A DNA stretch of 64,000 bases from Bugula neritina (GCA_964035545.1 OZ037768.1:4992741-5056740); one strand, 5' to 3'. Numbered from the stretch's first letter, positions 1-13,206 are shown. Numbers and translations: made by a program. Notes: generated by a model from the sequence alone, not told the origin.

Positions 1-19
1 TTGTATATGTTGTAGAAAA

Positions 20-236
20 CTAACCAATGAGAACTTTATTTAGCCTATCACGTGGGCAAGAGTTCCAAAACAATAACAATAACATTGGCTGCGTGGGCTT
101 GCTTGGACACATTTTATGCTGATAGTGATATTTTACAACAATTTGGGCGATTTTGAATTATTTGAATTATAACTGCAAGAGGTTGTTTATGTCTGTTTAA
201 AACACATAGTATAAGAACAGTTATATGGAAGTAGGT
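20..236 (+). promoter_or_regulatory. Putative YPEL promoter and non-coding first exon
   Basis: CCAAT at 24-28, E-box TATCACGTGG at 46-55 (repeated at 1575-1584), reverse CCAAT (ATTGG) at 84-88, candidate donor GTAGGT at 231 followed by periodic intron-type DNA. The YPEL coding exon starts after an acceptor at 4867-4868, so an upstream exon is required. Confidence 0.4.
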
Positions 237-3200
237 AGTTCGAAAGTGATTCAAACTGTCACTGTCTTATAGTTATACTGATAATCGTAGACTTGAGCTT
301 TGCTTTTGTCTTTAGAGTTTGACGAAGAATAATCACTAACCAGGCTTGGTTGACAACTAACTATCAGTTTACTTCTTTAGACGGCACAGAGTTTTCAACA
401 TCTTACGGATATTTAATCATAAAGGTAGAACATCTATTTAATATTCATAATCGTAGCGGTATTATTATTAAATTCAATTTGAAATCGAAAGCTATCACTT
501 TGACTACGAGTATGACTCAAGTATATCATTGTAATATAGTTATAGTAATAGTTATATTTATAAGTTATAGCCCTATCATTATGATTATGATTATGCCTAT
601 AGGTGTCGTTACCGTGTTAGTGTAGCTGTAAGTATATCAAATTCAATGTGATAATTTTTGTCGTAATGATCAATAATGTAAATCACTAAATCAGTAAATG
701 TGTGTATCGTAATCATTTCATTTTCAATGAATTAATATTATTATTATAAATAATACAATATTTATTGTTTGAATAATGTCAATGATTATTATCATTATTA
801 GTATGCATAGAGTTGGTTTTAGCTGTAAAAGTTGCTGTCAAAATATTCATTTGATTGCACATCTGAATGAAAAATATTAAATGCAATACTAAGAGTAAGT
901 CTAATAGTAATAGTAATAATAATAGTAATAGTGTACCATGCAGCCATGTTTATGTTGGATATTCACCTAAATAAATATGTTTATCTCAGTTTAATGATCA
1001 TTATTTTTTCACTTATGCTGATACTTACTCTTAATTTTACGGTTTAATAACAAATTATCAATATGCTTGTCTAATTTTTTGTCTAAACAGTTTTTTGTAA
1101 ACCATAAAAAGTAAAGCTAACTAACTTTTACAGTATAAATTAATTTAGTGTGTAGTGGTCTCTTATCCACTAACCCTCCCATGCCAACCTCACAAACCTA
1201 AACAGATTTTTGATGGAATACCTAGATCATGTTGATGAAACTGGCGACAGTTTTGATTTGTTGTGCAAAAGGTTTACATTTGACTTTTTTTTCTCCTACT
1301 TATGAAAATAAACAATTGCAGTGCAATATTACAGGGATTTTTAGAACTAATGTTGAAAGTTGTACATGCAGTTCTGTTCACAGCTCTGAGTTCTCAAGAA
1401 AGGTACATGATAGTGTAGTATCAGTATGTATCACTATACTTAGCGTCTGTCTATTAGAACAAAACACTGCCAACTTCCCTGAATTAGTCACTCAGTAGAT
1501 TTCCTCTGGTGAGAGAGTTGGCATCTCTATTTAGCTTGCATAAGAGTTTTTACTATCTGAATATGTTCGTGTTTTATCACGTGGAGTTAATCATGTGAAT
1601 CTGGGCGCAGCAAAGTGATATCGTGTTACACAATGCAGTTGTTACACTTTGGTTTTCTGAATACATGATCTGAACTTGACTGCTGTAAATTAAATTATAG
1701 CTTCTATTTTTTCATTTAATTTCGTGTGGTACTGAATTGGTTTATTTAATAAAAGTCTATTTAAACTTGATTTGAAGGGTTCGTGCCTAGCCAGGTTGTT
1801 ATGGTTCATTTTGAAGTGTCGTATTTGCTAACCCTTTGTTGCTCCAATAACATCTGCTGTTTAGAAAATAATAGTGTTTGGTTTGTTTCCCGATGCTATG
1901 ACGCGCGTAGCTGCGCGGTTTCCATTTGGAGTGGTTTTGTTTATGTTAGCCGTGAATGCAGCCTTTGTTGTTGCTATATTATGCTTGCTCAAGTAATCCG
2001 AATGGTAGACTTTTGTTGTTGATTATGTGGTCGGCAGAGTGCACTGGGTGCAGTTAGCTTCCTTTGTCACTAACGGTAACAAGCTGTGGTTGCTAGTAGT
2101 TAGTAACTGTGGATCAGCTGATAAAATTTGTTGGCACTGTGCCTTCTTTGTCAGCCTATTTTGATATCTCAGCTCTTCTTTATCTCAGTTTCACTGGCTC
2201 TGAGCAATCAATAATATAGCTAGTAGTTTGCAATAGTCTATGACTTTTCACTGTGTGAATTGCATCTGGTGTAACTTCAATATTACAAGACAATTTACAA
2301 GTGCTATCTCCTGAACTATCTGCAGACAATACTTGGACAGCTGCTATTAGTCTGACTGCTATCTTCCACTACTGCTAGGCTCTTTGTTTATTAACCTATT
2401 ATATAATTAAAGTTGGAATTTTCATGCAGATATCATTTTATTTGGTTGAAAAAGAAAGAAATAGGACAATGGATATTTAAAAGCTCTAAATAATTGCAAG
2501 ATATTTGTGTATACTAATCAATTATATTATCAGTAACTATTCGAAATTCAAATTGCTTCCTTTGACAAATTCAACGTACTTAGAGTCTTTGCTTTCTCTG
2601 GTAAGTTCGTATTCTAAACTAGAGTCTAAGAGGAAATCAATTTTTCTCTTAGTATTAGTTTTACATCAAACCTAAGGTGTGGGAGTTCAATAAATCGGTA
2701 AATCACACCTATCAAATGCTTCCAAATAACCCACAAAGTAAACACAAATGGTAGGTTTTAGTGCTATCAGATGTGTAACAACAAAGTTTCCTGGACAGAT
2801 TTATTGAGGCTTCAATTAATGTGTAGTTTATGACTGAGCAGTTCAAAGTTGTTAAAACCACACATCGTTAATGAATGGTTGTAAAATGTACAGCTTACTG
2901 CCAGACTTGTACCACCATCTTACACTCCCAACAGTATGGCATGGGTTCTAGCTAATTGATTCTCTGCACATTATCCAAGACTTTTCATACAACTTCAGTT
3001 TGATTAGGAACCAGTGTAAACAAATATTGGCGGCTGCATCTAATAGCAAATAACATGGCCTTGACTTACATCTATACAGCCCTTGCTATCAAAGTTCAAA
3101 ACAAGTTTTATTATTGTCCAAGTAAAGGAAATAGATACTAAAATTGAAACTTTGCCAAATAAGCTCAATCAATTAATACGCGTTACACTCTACACCTACA

Positions 3201-4893
3201 TGTAGATCCAATGCCTCTCGGCAATAGTAAATGTGGAAGCTAATAAATATCAGTCATGAGTTGGTAAATTTATTAAATTGTACCAACTGTCGGACAGACG
3301 TAACCAAGTCGCGCCTTCTTAAGGGTGCTACAAACAAGGCAGATAGCCAACTCAGTGCCTTATAATGGTTGTTAACTAGATTGCTCGTTTCTATTAAGCT
3401 TACTCCAACAGAAAAATCAATACCTCTAAGCCTACTAAATGTAAAAGTTACATCAACTGCTACAGTAGACTAATAAGCTTATAAGCTAGGGATAGAGCTT
3501 ATTCATAGACCACAAAGTGCCCTTTACGCCAGTGCCACCAGTATAATGGATAGATTTCCTGACTAAGTGATAGACTGAACAGAACTATTACCTTGAGAAT
3601 TGTTATTATTGACTAGACTTAAAGGCTGTCCAATGAAATACAGACTACGTCTTTATATTTTGCTTTTGTATAAAACCTTTTCAGGCTAAAAGATAAATAC
3701 ACAAATACTTAATTCAATCTTAATGCCTGCTGCTTAAATGGTTTTGTAAACGGCAAGTTTCTCTACTTAAGTTTAGCTATAGCAAGTTCTGAAAGACTAT
3801 TTACACTAATAGCTTCTAAAGGTCTTGCTCGTTTATCTTTGATAGATAGTTGGTGTTCAGACAGTCTGGGGCTCCTTGTATTTGCAATTCAAATTATTTT
3901 ATCAGGAAAACAAGCAGTATAATCATTAGATTTTTGGAATCTTCTTTTATTAAGAGGCTAGCCAATGCATATTTATCAATAAATTAATTTTCTTTAATTC
4001 ATCATCAGTTGGAATATATTTATATTACTCGGTAGACTTGCTATTTAATTAGAATTATAATAAAGTAAACACTTTCAACAGAATTCTACCATCGCCAACC
4101 ACTCATAGGGAGCATCTGAACTTCAGCCAAATCAAATTAGGACTTCAGGATTGATAAATAGTTGGCTGATGCCAAGACCAGCTGCAGCTGGATACATCTG
4201 ACACGTTTGTGCAACTTTTCATGTTGATTTTGGCACCAGGCATCATTTCTAATTCCAATTTTCTCTGCCAGTAGGTTGTGACAGCTCTTCTGATTGGTTT
4301 GACCAGCTTTCCCCTGCTCATGGCAAGTGTGCTGTAAAATCCAGGGGCTTTTACTAGCATCTGCCAGTTTTTGTTATCCTACCACTTTTATTATTTGTCC
4401 AATAATAATATAAAAAAGACTATTTGGTTAATAGAGTTTAATATTTGAAATATTTCAAGAGCCAACTGGACTTTTAACTAAAAGCAAACTGAGAAACTTG
4501 AATAAATTACATATGTTAAGTGAAAGTGCAGTTTTTCCAATAATAACTACTTAACATAGCTGCTTGCCTGGGATTAACACCGTTTAAATGATATCATTAG
4601 CTTAATTTAGATCCTTCTTTTTAGACACAATAGCTTTCAGTCTGTGCACAAATTGCTAGGGACTTATTTTGAATACAATATATTTGCGATTATGCAATTA
4701 GTGATTGCATGTTTTAGTATGTTTCAAATTTTTTTAATAATAATTCCTTGGGGCATGACACTGTGCCATCATCATCAATCGATGTTTTATTGCTTATGTT
4801 TTAGTACAGTTGAGCACCTACAGGTGGGTCAAGTTTTTGCAATTGTGTATCAGTTGTTTATTTTTCAGCACTTGTGAAACAAGCTAGAGGAGG

Positions 4894-6887
4894 ATGGCTA
4901 AAATTGACTTGCCTATTGGTGCTAGAGGTCTCCATCAGTCGGGCTTGAGATCTCCTGGTAAAATTGTGAGAACTTTTCAAGCGTACCTCCCTGAAGAAAG
5001 CTTAAGGACGTACAGTTGCATTCACTGCAGGGCTCATCTTGCAAGTCATGATGAACTCATCTCTAAGGTGTGAATATTGAGGTTAATGGGAAGTAAAACT
5101 TTCGGAAATAAATAACCAACATACACTCAGCCTATTAGAGCTTGTTTTACCAACAGAATTGTTTTTGAATTTGTATTTCCATATTAGAACTTGTTCACAG
5201 ATTCAATGAGTGAATATTCACGTAGTTATTATTTTATTCAGTTGTCGGGAGTGTAAACATAGTTTTATTATTTGCAGAAAACAAATTAATAATTTGCCGT
5301 TCAAATAGTTATATTTAATTTACATTAGTTGAAAAGAATATCAATAAGTATGCTACTGCACTGTATATACAGTTATAAACTGCATTCATAAAAAATTGAA
5401 GACCCGAGCTCCTTTAGTTAGAAGGAGGTAGACTAACATGGGAATACTTATGACTTGATTTACATGATTTCTATTCCAATAGAACTCCACACATAATTAT
5501 TACTTCTGCCAATAGAATCTAAAATTTACACGGTGTGCAGTTTCAGAGATTTCTGGAACTCTCCCCTGAGATTCGACCAGCTGGCTCTACCCTGAAGTTT
5601 GATAATTTCTCATGTAATGTTCCTTTGATTATTACACATTTTAAACAGAGAGTTGATTTCTAACAATGATGTCTAATTTTGTTGTAGTCATTTCAAGGGA
5701 GTCAAGGAAGAGCTTATCTCTTCAACTCAGTGTAAGTTTTTCTAACTCTGAAATTGATATGACCTCTAGAAATCCTTTTCCTAGTAAATATGGATAATAG
5801 CAAAAGTAGAGTTGAAAAATGTTAATTCATGTTACTTATAGTATGCATTTTATACCTTTTTTGATGGTTATCTTTAGCAAAATTAGAAATTAACTTTGCT
5901 TAAAAATTATGTCAGTTATTCAGATTTCCCCCAGCATCTTAGCTAGGAAACTCAGCTCAGCATAAAAAAGTTTCTCCATTTTAATATTGCTTACTATCAA
6001 CCAGCAGTTATATAAAGGTTTAAAAGCACTGGCCGAATTGAATCTCATGTATGAACACATGCATTAACCAGGGTAGAAAAATTAAAGCTCAATTATTCTT
6101 TGTGTAATGTTTTGTTAATATTACAGCGTTAATGTTGGCACTGGGGATTCAGAAGACCGCGTATTGATAACTGGACTGCATTCTGTTGCAGATATTTACT
6201 GCAAATCTTGTAGAACCCCTCTGGGGTGGAAATACGTAAGTATACTAGAATAGAATAAGTAATTATATTAAATTAATGCTACAGTATCTACCAATCAATA
6301 AGTAAATTGAAACTTTACAACCTATTGGCAATATAGTTCACTTTTTTAGACCTAAGCTAGATCACAACTTGATGGCATACTTATTTTTTATAGCTAGAAT
6401 AGACATAATTCGTGGTATTAGCGCACCAACTTCATATATTATTATTCTCTCTGAGCATGGTTTGTCTTTCACATATTGGCGATGTCTAGTTTAGTCCTAT
6501 CACATATAACACTGCAATATATTATGCAATTGTTAACAAGCAGACCAATCTCAGGGTACCTTATCAGATTATTACATAATACCTTCAGTCAACGGCATTA
6601 ATTTCCCTGGTAATTTAGCATGCTTGTATAATAGTGTACGTGAGTTGAAGTGTGTTTAGAAGCATCTACCATAACTAAATTAGGCCTATGTATTAGGCTA
6701 CAGTACAAGTTAATTTATTCACTTAGCTTGTTGCGTGGTATGCCAATGTAGCACACTTATTTTGTTGAACTATACTTAATATGCACTATACATTTAGGAA
6801 CATGCTTTTGAATCAAGTCAGAAATACAAAGAGGGAAAATATATAATTGAAGTTGCCCACATGATCAAGGACAACGGATGGAGTTAA
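4894..6887 (+). CDS. YPEL: Protein yippee-like (YPEL1/2/3/4 class), 4 coding exons, 138 aa
   Basis: Exons 4894-5067, 5688-5731, 6127-6235, 6798-6887 with GT-AG borders and consistent phases give MAKID...[55 protein letters not shown]...[50 protein letters not shown]. Two CxxC zinc motifs; closely matches the Yippee family signature. Confidence 0.96.
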
Positions 6888-8235
6888 TTATTACAGCATT
6901 TCACTATTTCCTGATGATTCCACTGCAACACGAACAGAATTCAACATTCAAACATTGAATTCATTAATCTCTAATAGTTTGTCTTTACCTAAAATCTCTG
7001 ATATTCATTAAATAGCTGCAGTTGAGTATAACAAATTGAGAAGCCAAATCTTTCAAGTCACAAGAACTCACAAACTAGTAAACCAAGTAAAGTTTTTTCC
7101 CTTTAAATGTTGTGTTGGTGACTTTCATCAAAATTTTTGCTCTGAAGAGATTTTGGTAAAGATTAATTCTATTTTCTTTCTGTAAATATACTTGTGTGCT
7201 CTACTCTTTTTGTGCTAGATTATTTTTAATCATTGTGTGCTAACATTTGTGCAAATATTGTGCTTTTTCTGCATTTATATTTTAACGTTGCCTTTCTTCT
7301 TTCTGGTTTTTGGAATGACATGCAACTATTTTACTTTCATATAGTCTCTCATTTATTATAGTATATAGGACAGTATGTTCTAGAATTATATGAATAGCCT
7401 AGGCCCTAGTGCAACTATTATATATTATAAACATGTAAACCTATGTTCATTGAGCATCAAAAGAACTATTGTAACTAATTTCTTATTTATGTAAATATAG
7501 ACATTGATTATGAGTACATCACAATGTATGCTGAAAACTTAGTCCAGAAAACACAACACATTATTTTGATGCATATCACATTTCTTATAATTAAAGTTGC
7601 AATTTGGGCAGGTATAGTGATTATAGGTATATATTGAGTTTAAAAACATTTTATTCTTTTTATTTATATTCTTTATCCATAATTCTATATTATTTTAAAA
7701 GCTTAGGCTACGCTAAGTAAACTTGCAAAAATAGCGATTAATGAGTTGGTGTAAAAGTTTATTACAAGATGAAAATGTAGAGTAGGTACCAAGACTGCAC
7801 AATATATCAAAGATCAAACATTAACATAGCCAGTGAAATTATTAAGCACTTATATGCCTAAGATTAGCCTTTCATCGAAAAAACTAGCTTCTAAAATTAA
7901 TACAGCTCATTTTGAGAGAAATGGCAAAAACTAATTCCACAGTGGATTTGTCTTTCAATTTCTTCAACATTTTAAAAAATATCTACAGAAGTAGGTGGAT
8001 AGTAATACATTACAGAAGCTTCTTTGCTCATTTTCATGTTCTGCTATTCTTTCTGTTGACACTCTGTTTCCCAGGTTTTACTTTTGGCTACATTTTAATG
8101 AGAATATAAAACTAATACTAAGTTGTAATACTTCAGTGTAATTCTTATAAGTTGGTTATATACTTAGCTTTTATATCAATCATAAACGGCTCAATAAATA
8201 GATTGATAAGAAACCCAAATACATAAGAATCCAAA

Positions 8236-10888
8236 TTACACTCCTGGAAAAAAGTAGAACTCCTTGAGAGTGGTATCAATGGTCATGTTGACTTGTTTAC
8301 ACCCAGTGTTTGTCTCAATACAGGACAATTTTCTACGTACTCTCTTCAATAGCTCCACGACATTGCAATCGCATGCATGCTTCTGAAACACTTCAGCCAT
8401 AACTCTGGAAAACCAGCATCCATGAGAATTTCTCCTCCAAGAAACGTAACCCTCAAAGGTTGAAAAAGCAATAATAAAGTCAGATTTTTCAGCTATAATG
8501 TAACTTGGCTGAGACACAGCAGGTGAAGAGTACAACACTGGTATCATGTCATTTGGAGAGGCTTCAACCTTTCTACCAGAGTTGATGTGAATATTTGAGA
8601 GTGAAAATGTAATATCACTTGTTTTCTTTTTTACTGGCTCAAAGACCTTGGGTGGATTCAGTGCTCTGTCTATTCTCACAGCTCTATCTTTGGCACAACC
8701 AAAACTTGCATCAAAAAATATAAATTTGGGTTTACCGGCCAAAAATGGGCAATTTTTGTTATCAAAGTGTCGATAAATATCGTGAAGATACAGGCTTTTG
8801 CCATCGGCACAAGCTATAGCTCTATTAATCCCAGCCCAATGAGTTGAGAACCCCAGCACTAGACTACTAAAGTTCCGATGCATCACGTTATGGCTCTGAA
8901 ACTCAAGTTCCTTTCTCACATCATCTCTCGGTGCATTTTTTATAACTGTGACGTTGTAGTTTAGTTTATGAAACAGCCTGCTGAGATTGTCTAAATCATG
9001 TTCTACGCCATGACGTGGAGGATAGTTCAGGTCAGTAAATTCTATGTTGAAGAATAATAAAGCTATACCCCTCACAGGAAATGAAGAACTGTATACACTT
9101 TTGACCTTATGAACTTTGGATAATATGGAAGAAGAAATTACTGGAATAATGTTGATTTCCATTTGAGGGGGAGTTTGATCTAAGTTCATCAAGCAGCCAG
9201 GTGGGGAACTGCATCTGCTTGGCTGTGAAACAGATGAACTTTCACCAACATTATTATCTTCTACAATAAAGTTTTAAAGGATGGTTTTTAGCATTTACAG
9301 TCTAAGAAGACAACTCCATATGCTTGATGTCCAAAGGGGGGGGAGGGTTTTAATGTTATAATTTTATCCTACTTTCTGCTAGTTTATGCTAAAAGTGATA
9401 TTGTTATTTAAATGTAAAACCTCACTATGCCAGTTTTAGATCTAAGGAAGGCTATATGCTTGCATTGCAGGATCGATATTTACATATGAAATCATTTTGA
9501 AAAAAATGAAGCCTAGCGTGGTAGCGGAAGTTATTAAAGCACGATGCAGTACTTTGACAAATTAAGCTACCTGGAACCTTGTAAGGCGTAAACAATGGTA
9601 TTGAAAACATTTTCAGGTTTGCTTCCACATCGAAAATTTCAAATTTAAAAGTTGCATATTTTTCAAGCTGCACCACCTTTTATTTTAGCAATGCCAGATA
9701 GTTGATTACAGTTGAATACACATCTTATCAAAAGGTCTGATGTTGTTACTTTTGCCAAGTTTAAATTAAAAAACCCTTTTAAAGTTTATGTTGAAAGTCT
9801 AATCTATCTGACACTTACCACACCCAGCGGTAAGAGAAACAATATCTTACCTTCAACACTGACTACGGTCTCACTACCAGTCGCACTGTAATCAGATACA
9901 TACAACAAGTCATACATTTCCGGATGCTCTTCTTTGCAGAAGTCACAAAATGCATCATAGAGATGGGAGGTTCCACCAAGTAGCCAGTCCAAAATACGAG
10001 CAGCTTGCTCTGTTGTATAACGAATTTCTCCAAAATCTTGGCAGGTGTTAAATGTAACATAGCCATTCTGCAGCAGAGAAAAACATATTTTGCTCTTTTC
10101 CCACTGGAAAAGCTAACAATTTTGCATATAAAATTTATCATATAAGGCAACTAATCAACAACAATAATAATATAGAACTATTTTTAATGCTAAATTGAGG
10201 CGATTTTGGATTTTATTTTTGTCTATAAATATTCCACTTTTCTCCCATTGACCATCATCATTTTCCAATGAATGATAATAAAATACCATATTCAACCATC
10301 AACAATCAACAATTTTTCAATCATAGGCTAAAGTTCATGATAAAAAAATAACATACTGGCAATGGCGCCTTACAGCACCAATCACTTAGTAGTGTAAATG
10401 GAGCCTAAGTACCCACTACACTATCAGACCGCGTTCTATCAACCACCAGAGGAAGGCTCAATGGTGTATTTACTAAGAGCTCCAAACTACATAGGGTATC
10501 TGTAAACCTTTCTATTTTAGCTAGTGTAGTGGATTGAAGTTCAATTTACTTTTCTACGAAAATTAACGCTGTAAGAGCTTAAAACTCATACCAGCATGTT
10601 ATTTTTATCATAATATTACAGAGACAAAATAATTTAACCACCAGTAAACAAATGTTTCACTTCAACCAGTTAATTCTTAGCTGTCATATTTGCAAGAACA
10701 GCTCAAAATACCTATCGTGAAAGAATTTATACCATCTTTATCAAATACTAAAAATGTATAACCTGATAAAAATTATCCACCAATCGCATCATGAAATCTG
10801 CATCCATATTTTTTCTAATATATGCCTGGTTTTTCGTGAGATGTTGATATTCTTCATTTCTCAACAAGCTTGCATGTGGGTTTGCCAT
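8236..10888 (-). CDS. CARD-containing caspase-like protein (caspase-2/9-type architecture), predicted catalytically inactive, about 455 aa
   Basis: Minus-strand exons 10888-10763 (MANPHASLL...LVDNFYQ), 10067-9851 (NGYVTF...EQAARILDWLLGG...FCDFCKEEHPEMYDLL, CARD-like) and 9260-8236 (RGIALLFFN, RHGVEHDLDNL, LAGKPKFIFFDASFG, SDFIIAFSTFEGYVSWR, C-terminal KEFYFFPG). Phases join without stops. Canonical SHG and QACRG read STHW and DASFG. Confidence 0.9.
10413..10532. mobile_element. Possible short MITE remnant with 11-bp inverted termini
   Basis: CCACTACACTA (10413-10423) and TAGTGTAGTGG (10522-10532) are exact reverse complements; CACTACACTATCAGACC recurs exactly at 20225-20241. No clear target-site duplication seen. 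Confidence 0.35.
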
Positions 10889-11771
10889 CTACAATCGGTG
10901 AGTATCTTAAAACACAACTCAAAAGTTGGTAGTATAAATTCTAAATGCAGTGAAATGCAAAAAAATAGTACTGCACATTTCCTTTTTTAAAATACTGGTC
11001 AAAACAAGTTCGACAATATGATACGATGACTGCATGTCTATTTGTTTTTGATTGGCTAATGAGAAGTGTTGAACAAGAATATGATGATGTGAATGGTTGA
11101 ACAGTGAACAAAGAAATCTACTCGAGAGCGCAACCAATAAACTTAATGGATAGCTGCTACAGCAGTAAAGTGAATATTTGTTCAATTCTGTTCACAAGGA
11201 TTTATTTTATTACACTACATTTAGTGAGTGTGCATTACTAATGTGTTTTGCGATGCCATTTGATGGAAATAAACATTTTATAATACGAGTATGAACATGG
11301 CAGTAGAGGTTAGGAAAATATATCATGGGTGAAATTAATTTTCAATAGAACAAAAAATAGAGCGCAACTCCCTGTAACAATAGATAATGCAATCAAAATA
11401 AAAAATATATTTTCTTTGCATCTCAGCATTTAAATCCACAATCTCCTAACATGTGTGATTTGTGGCGCTAGTGAGCTTACTTTACATACAAATGTTGACT
11501 CTTTTACAAATGTAACTTAAGTAAAAGCTGATCAACAGTAAAAGGAAGCAGCTCTCGTATACACAAATAATGACTATTAGCAGGCGATAAGCAGACTAGA
11601 TAATATCTTAACACCAACATACAGTCGGATTTAAAGTTCACCAATCACATGTATAACAAACTAAGTTATGTGAAGATAATTCTGAGTTGCATAAAACATG
11701 CAATATAACACGATGCACACAAGGCTGCAAAGCTCCCAACACACACAAGCTGGTATCAACTAATGGTGTTC

Positions 11772-11954
11772 AGTAAAAATGGCACAGGTAAAAATGGCAC
11801 AGGTAAAAATGGCACAGGTAAAAATGGCACATTTCAATATTAGGGTCTGGGGTGGGGGTTAGGGGTTTGGAAAGGGGGGGGGCGGATAGGTTTGGGGATG
11901 GGGTTTGGGAAAATTTAACATCTGTGTGCTATTTTTATCGGTGTCATTCTTAAC
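11772..11954. mobile_element. Foldback/MITE-like non-autonomous element with tandem 15-bp arms and a G-rich core
   Basis: Four copies of GGTAAAAATGGCACA at 11772-11831, two degenerate reverse-complement copies (TGTGCTATTTTTATC, GGTGTCATTCTTAAC) at 11925-11954, G-run core at 11843-11909. Confidence 0.55.
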
Positions 11955-11989
11955 TAAAATTATCAACTGATATATACTTGTATATACTT

Positions 11990-12845
11990 AATAACTACAA
12001 ATATAACTATATTAAAAATAAATTTAAGAACTTAATATTATAATAACAATATTAATAAATAATTATAATAACCATCGTACTTGTAGTGAAAAAATAACAT
12101 TATCATTATGATTATAAAGTTTTAAGACGAGTAATACTAATACTTATACTAATACTAATAGTAATACTAATAGTATTCATAATAAAAAAAAAATATAACG
12201 AGAATAAATAATTATTATTAAAACTAAAAGTCCAGGAAATGTGAAATGGTAATTATAATAAATATAATTAATATTTTATTATTATGTTATAACTTATAAT
12301 AATAATTATGTTCACCATCAGTGAATCACCATGATCATCATGATAATTGACCACAGCATTGACTTAGACTATCACTATCACTGAGTATCAGTATGAGTAC
12401 CACCATCACCATGACCATCACCATGGCATGGTCACTCTAAATTTACTCATTGCTACTGCCTAAACTCTAACATAATCAAAGTTACAGCTATCACTATCAG
12501 TATGACTACGACTTTGACTATGAGTTTGATTAAACTCTGACTATCACTATGCTTATTCGTATAATTATCATTATATATCTATAAGTATATGATATTGCCT
12601 ATGGCTAGCCTATTCTATTGCCTATGGCTATTGGTAGGCATTGCCTGTGGTATTACTATTACTATTTTATTACTAATACTATTGCTATTAGTAATATAGT
12701 AATAGTAATGGCTTTATCGTTATAGTTATTAATAAAAATATAATGTATAAGTTGCAAGTTAAAGTATAACTAAAAGTATAACTATATGTATAAGCTATTT
12801 ATTTAGTTTTATAAGTACTACTACTACTACTACTACTAGTACTGT
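11990..12845. repeat. Degenerate hexamer-periodic low-complexity DNA in the predicted first intron of the caspase-like gene
   Basis: Runs such as ACTATC ACTATC ACT, CACCAT GACCAT CACCAT, AGTATG ACTACG ACTTTG ACTATG, and a (TAC)n tract at about 12816-12838. Confidence 0.7.
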
Positions 12846-12855
12846 GTGTACATAA

Positions 12856-13206
12856 TTACACCTGAAAGAACTGCGGTTCAGAGTTGTCTAAGCATGCCAC
12901 TATAAAGATGGTAAGTCTCAAAAACAAGTGTCATATTTTTTTATCTTATAAAAAAAATGCAATAAATATAGCATAAATAAAATTATTTTTATTATCAACA
13001 AAATTTAAATCAAATATGCAGCTTTAAGATTAAAAAGTCGTATGATGGCGATTGACTTCGGATAATATCGTAAACCGCCATGATAGTGTTATTTTTACTT
13101 TAAAGATTTAGTAAACTGCAAGTTGGATCAACTAATTTAGCTTTATACAATAAATTATTTGACAAAGCAAACGCTTTTGTCTTTTTTGTTGCTGCTTTGG
13201 TAAGTA
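12856..13206. promoter_or_regulatory. Putative bidirectional promoter with non-coding first exons of the caspase-like gene (-) and KMT2E (+)
   Basis: Minus-strand donor CAG|GTGTAA (exon ends at 12862), plus-strand donor G|GTAAGT at 13200, YY1-like GATGGCG (13044-13050) and CCGCCATG (13075-13082), poly-A/T tracts between them. Both first coding exons begin with a splice acceptor. Confidence 0.5.

Noticed and set aside
350-625. Hydrophobic ORFs rich in I/V/T/M (also 14313-14495)
   Set aside because: By-products of the hexamer-periodic DNA; non-ATG starts and no splice or domain support.
8236-9192. Supplied 318-aa ORF as a complete single-exon effector caspase or a pseudogene
   Set aside because: An acceptor at 9261-9262 and two in-phase upstream CARD exons show it is the last exon of a longer gene, and no frameshift or stop is present.
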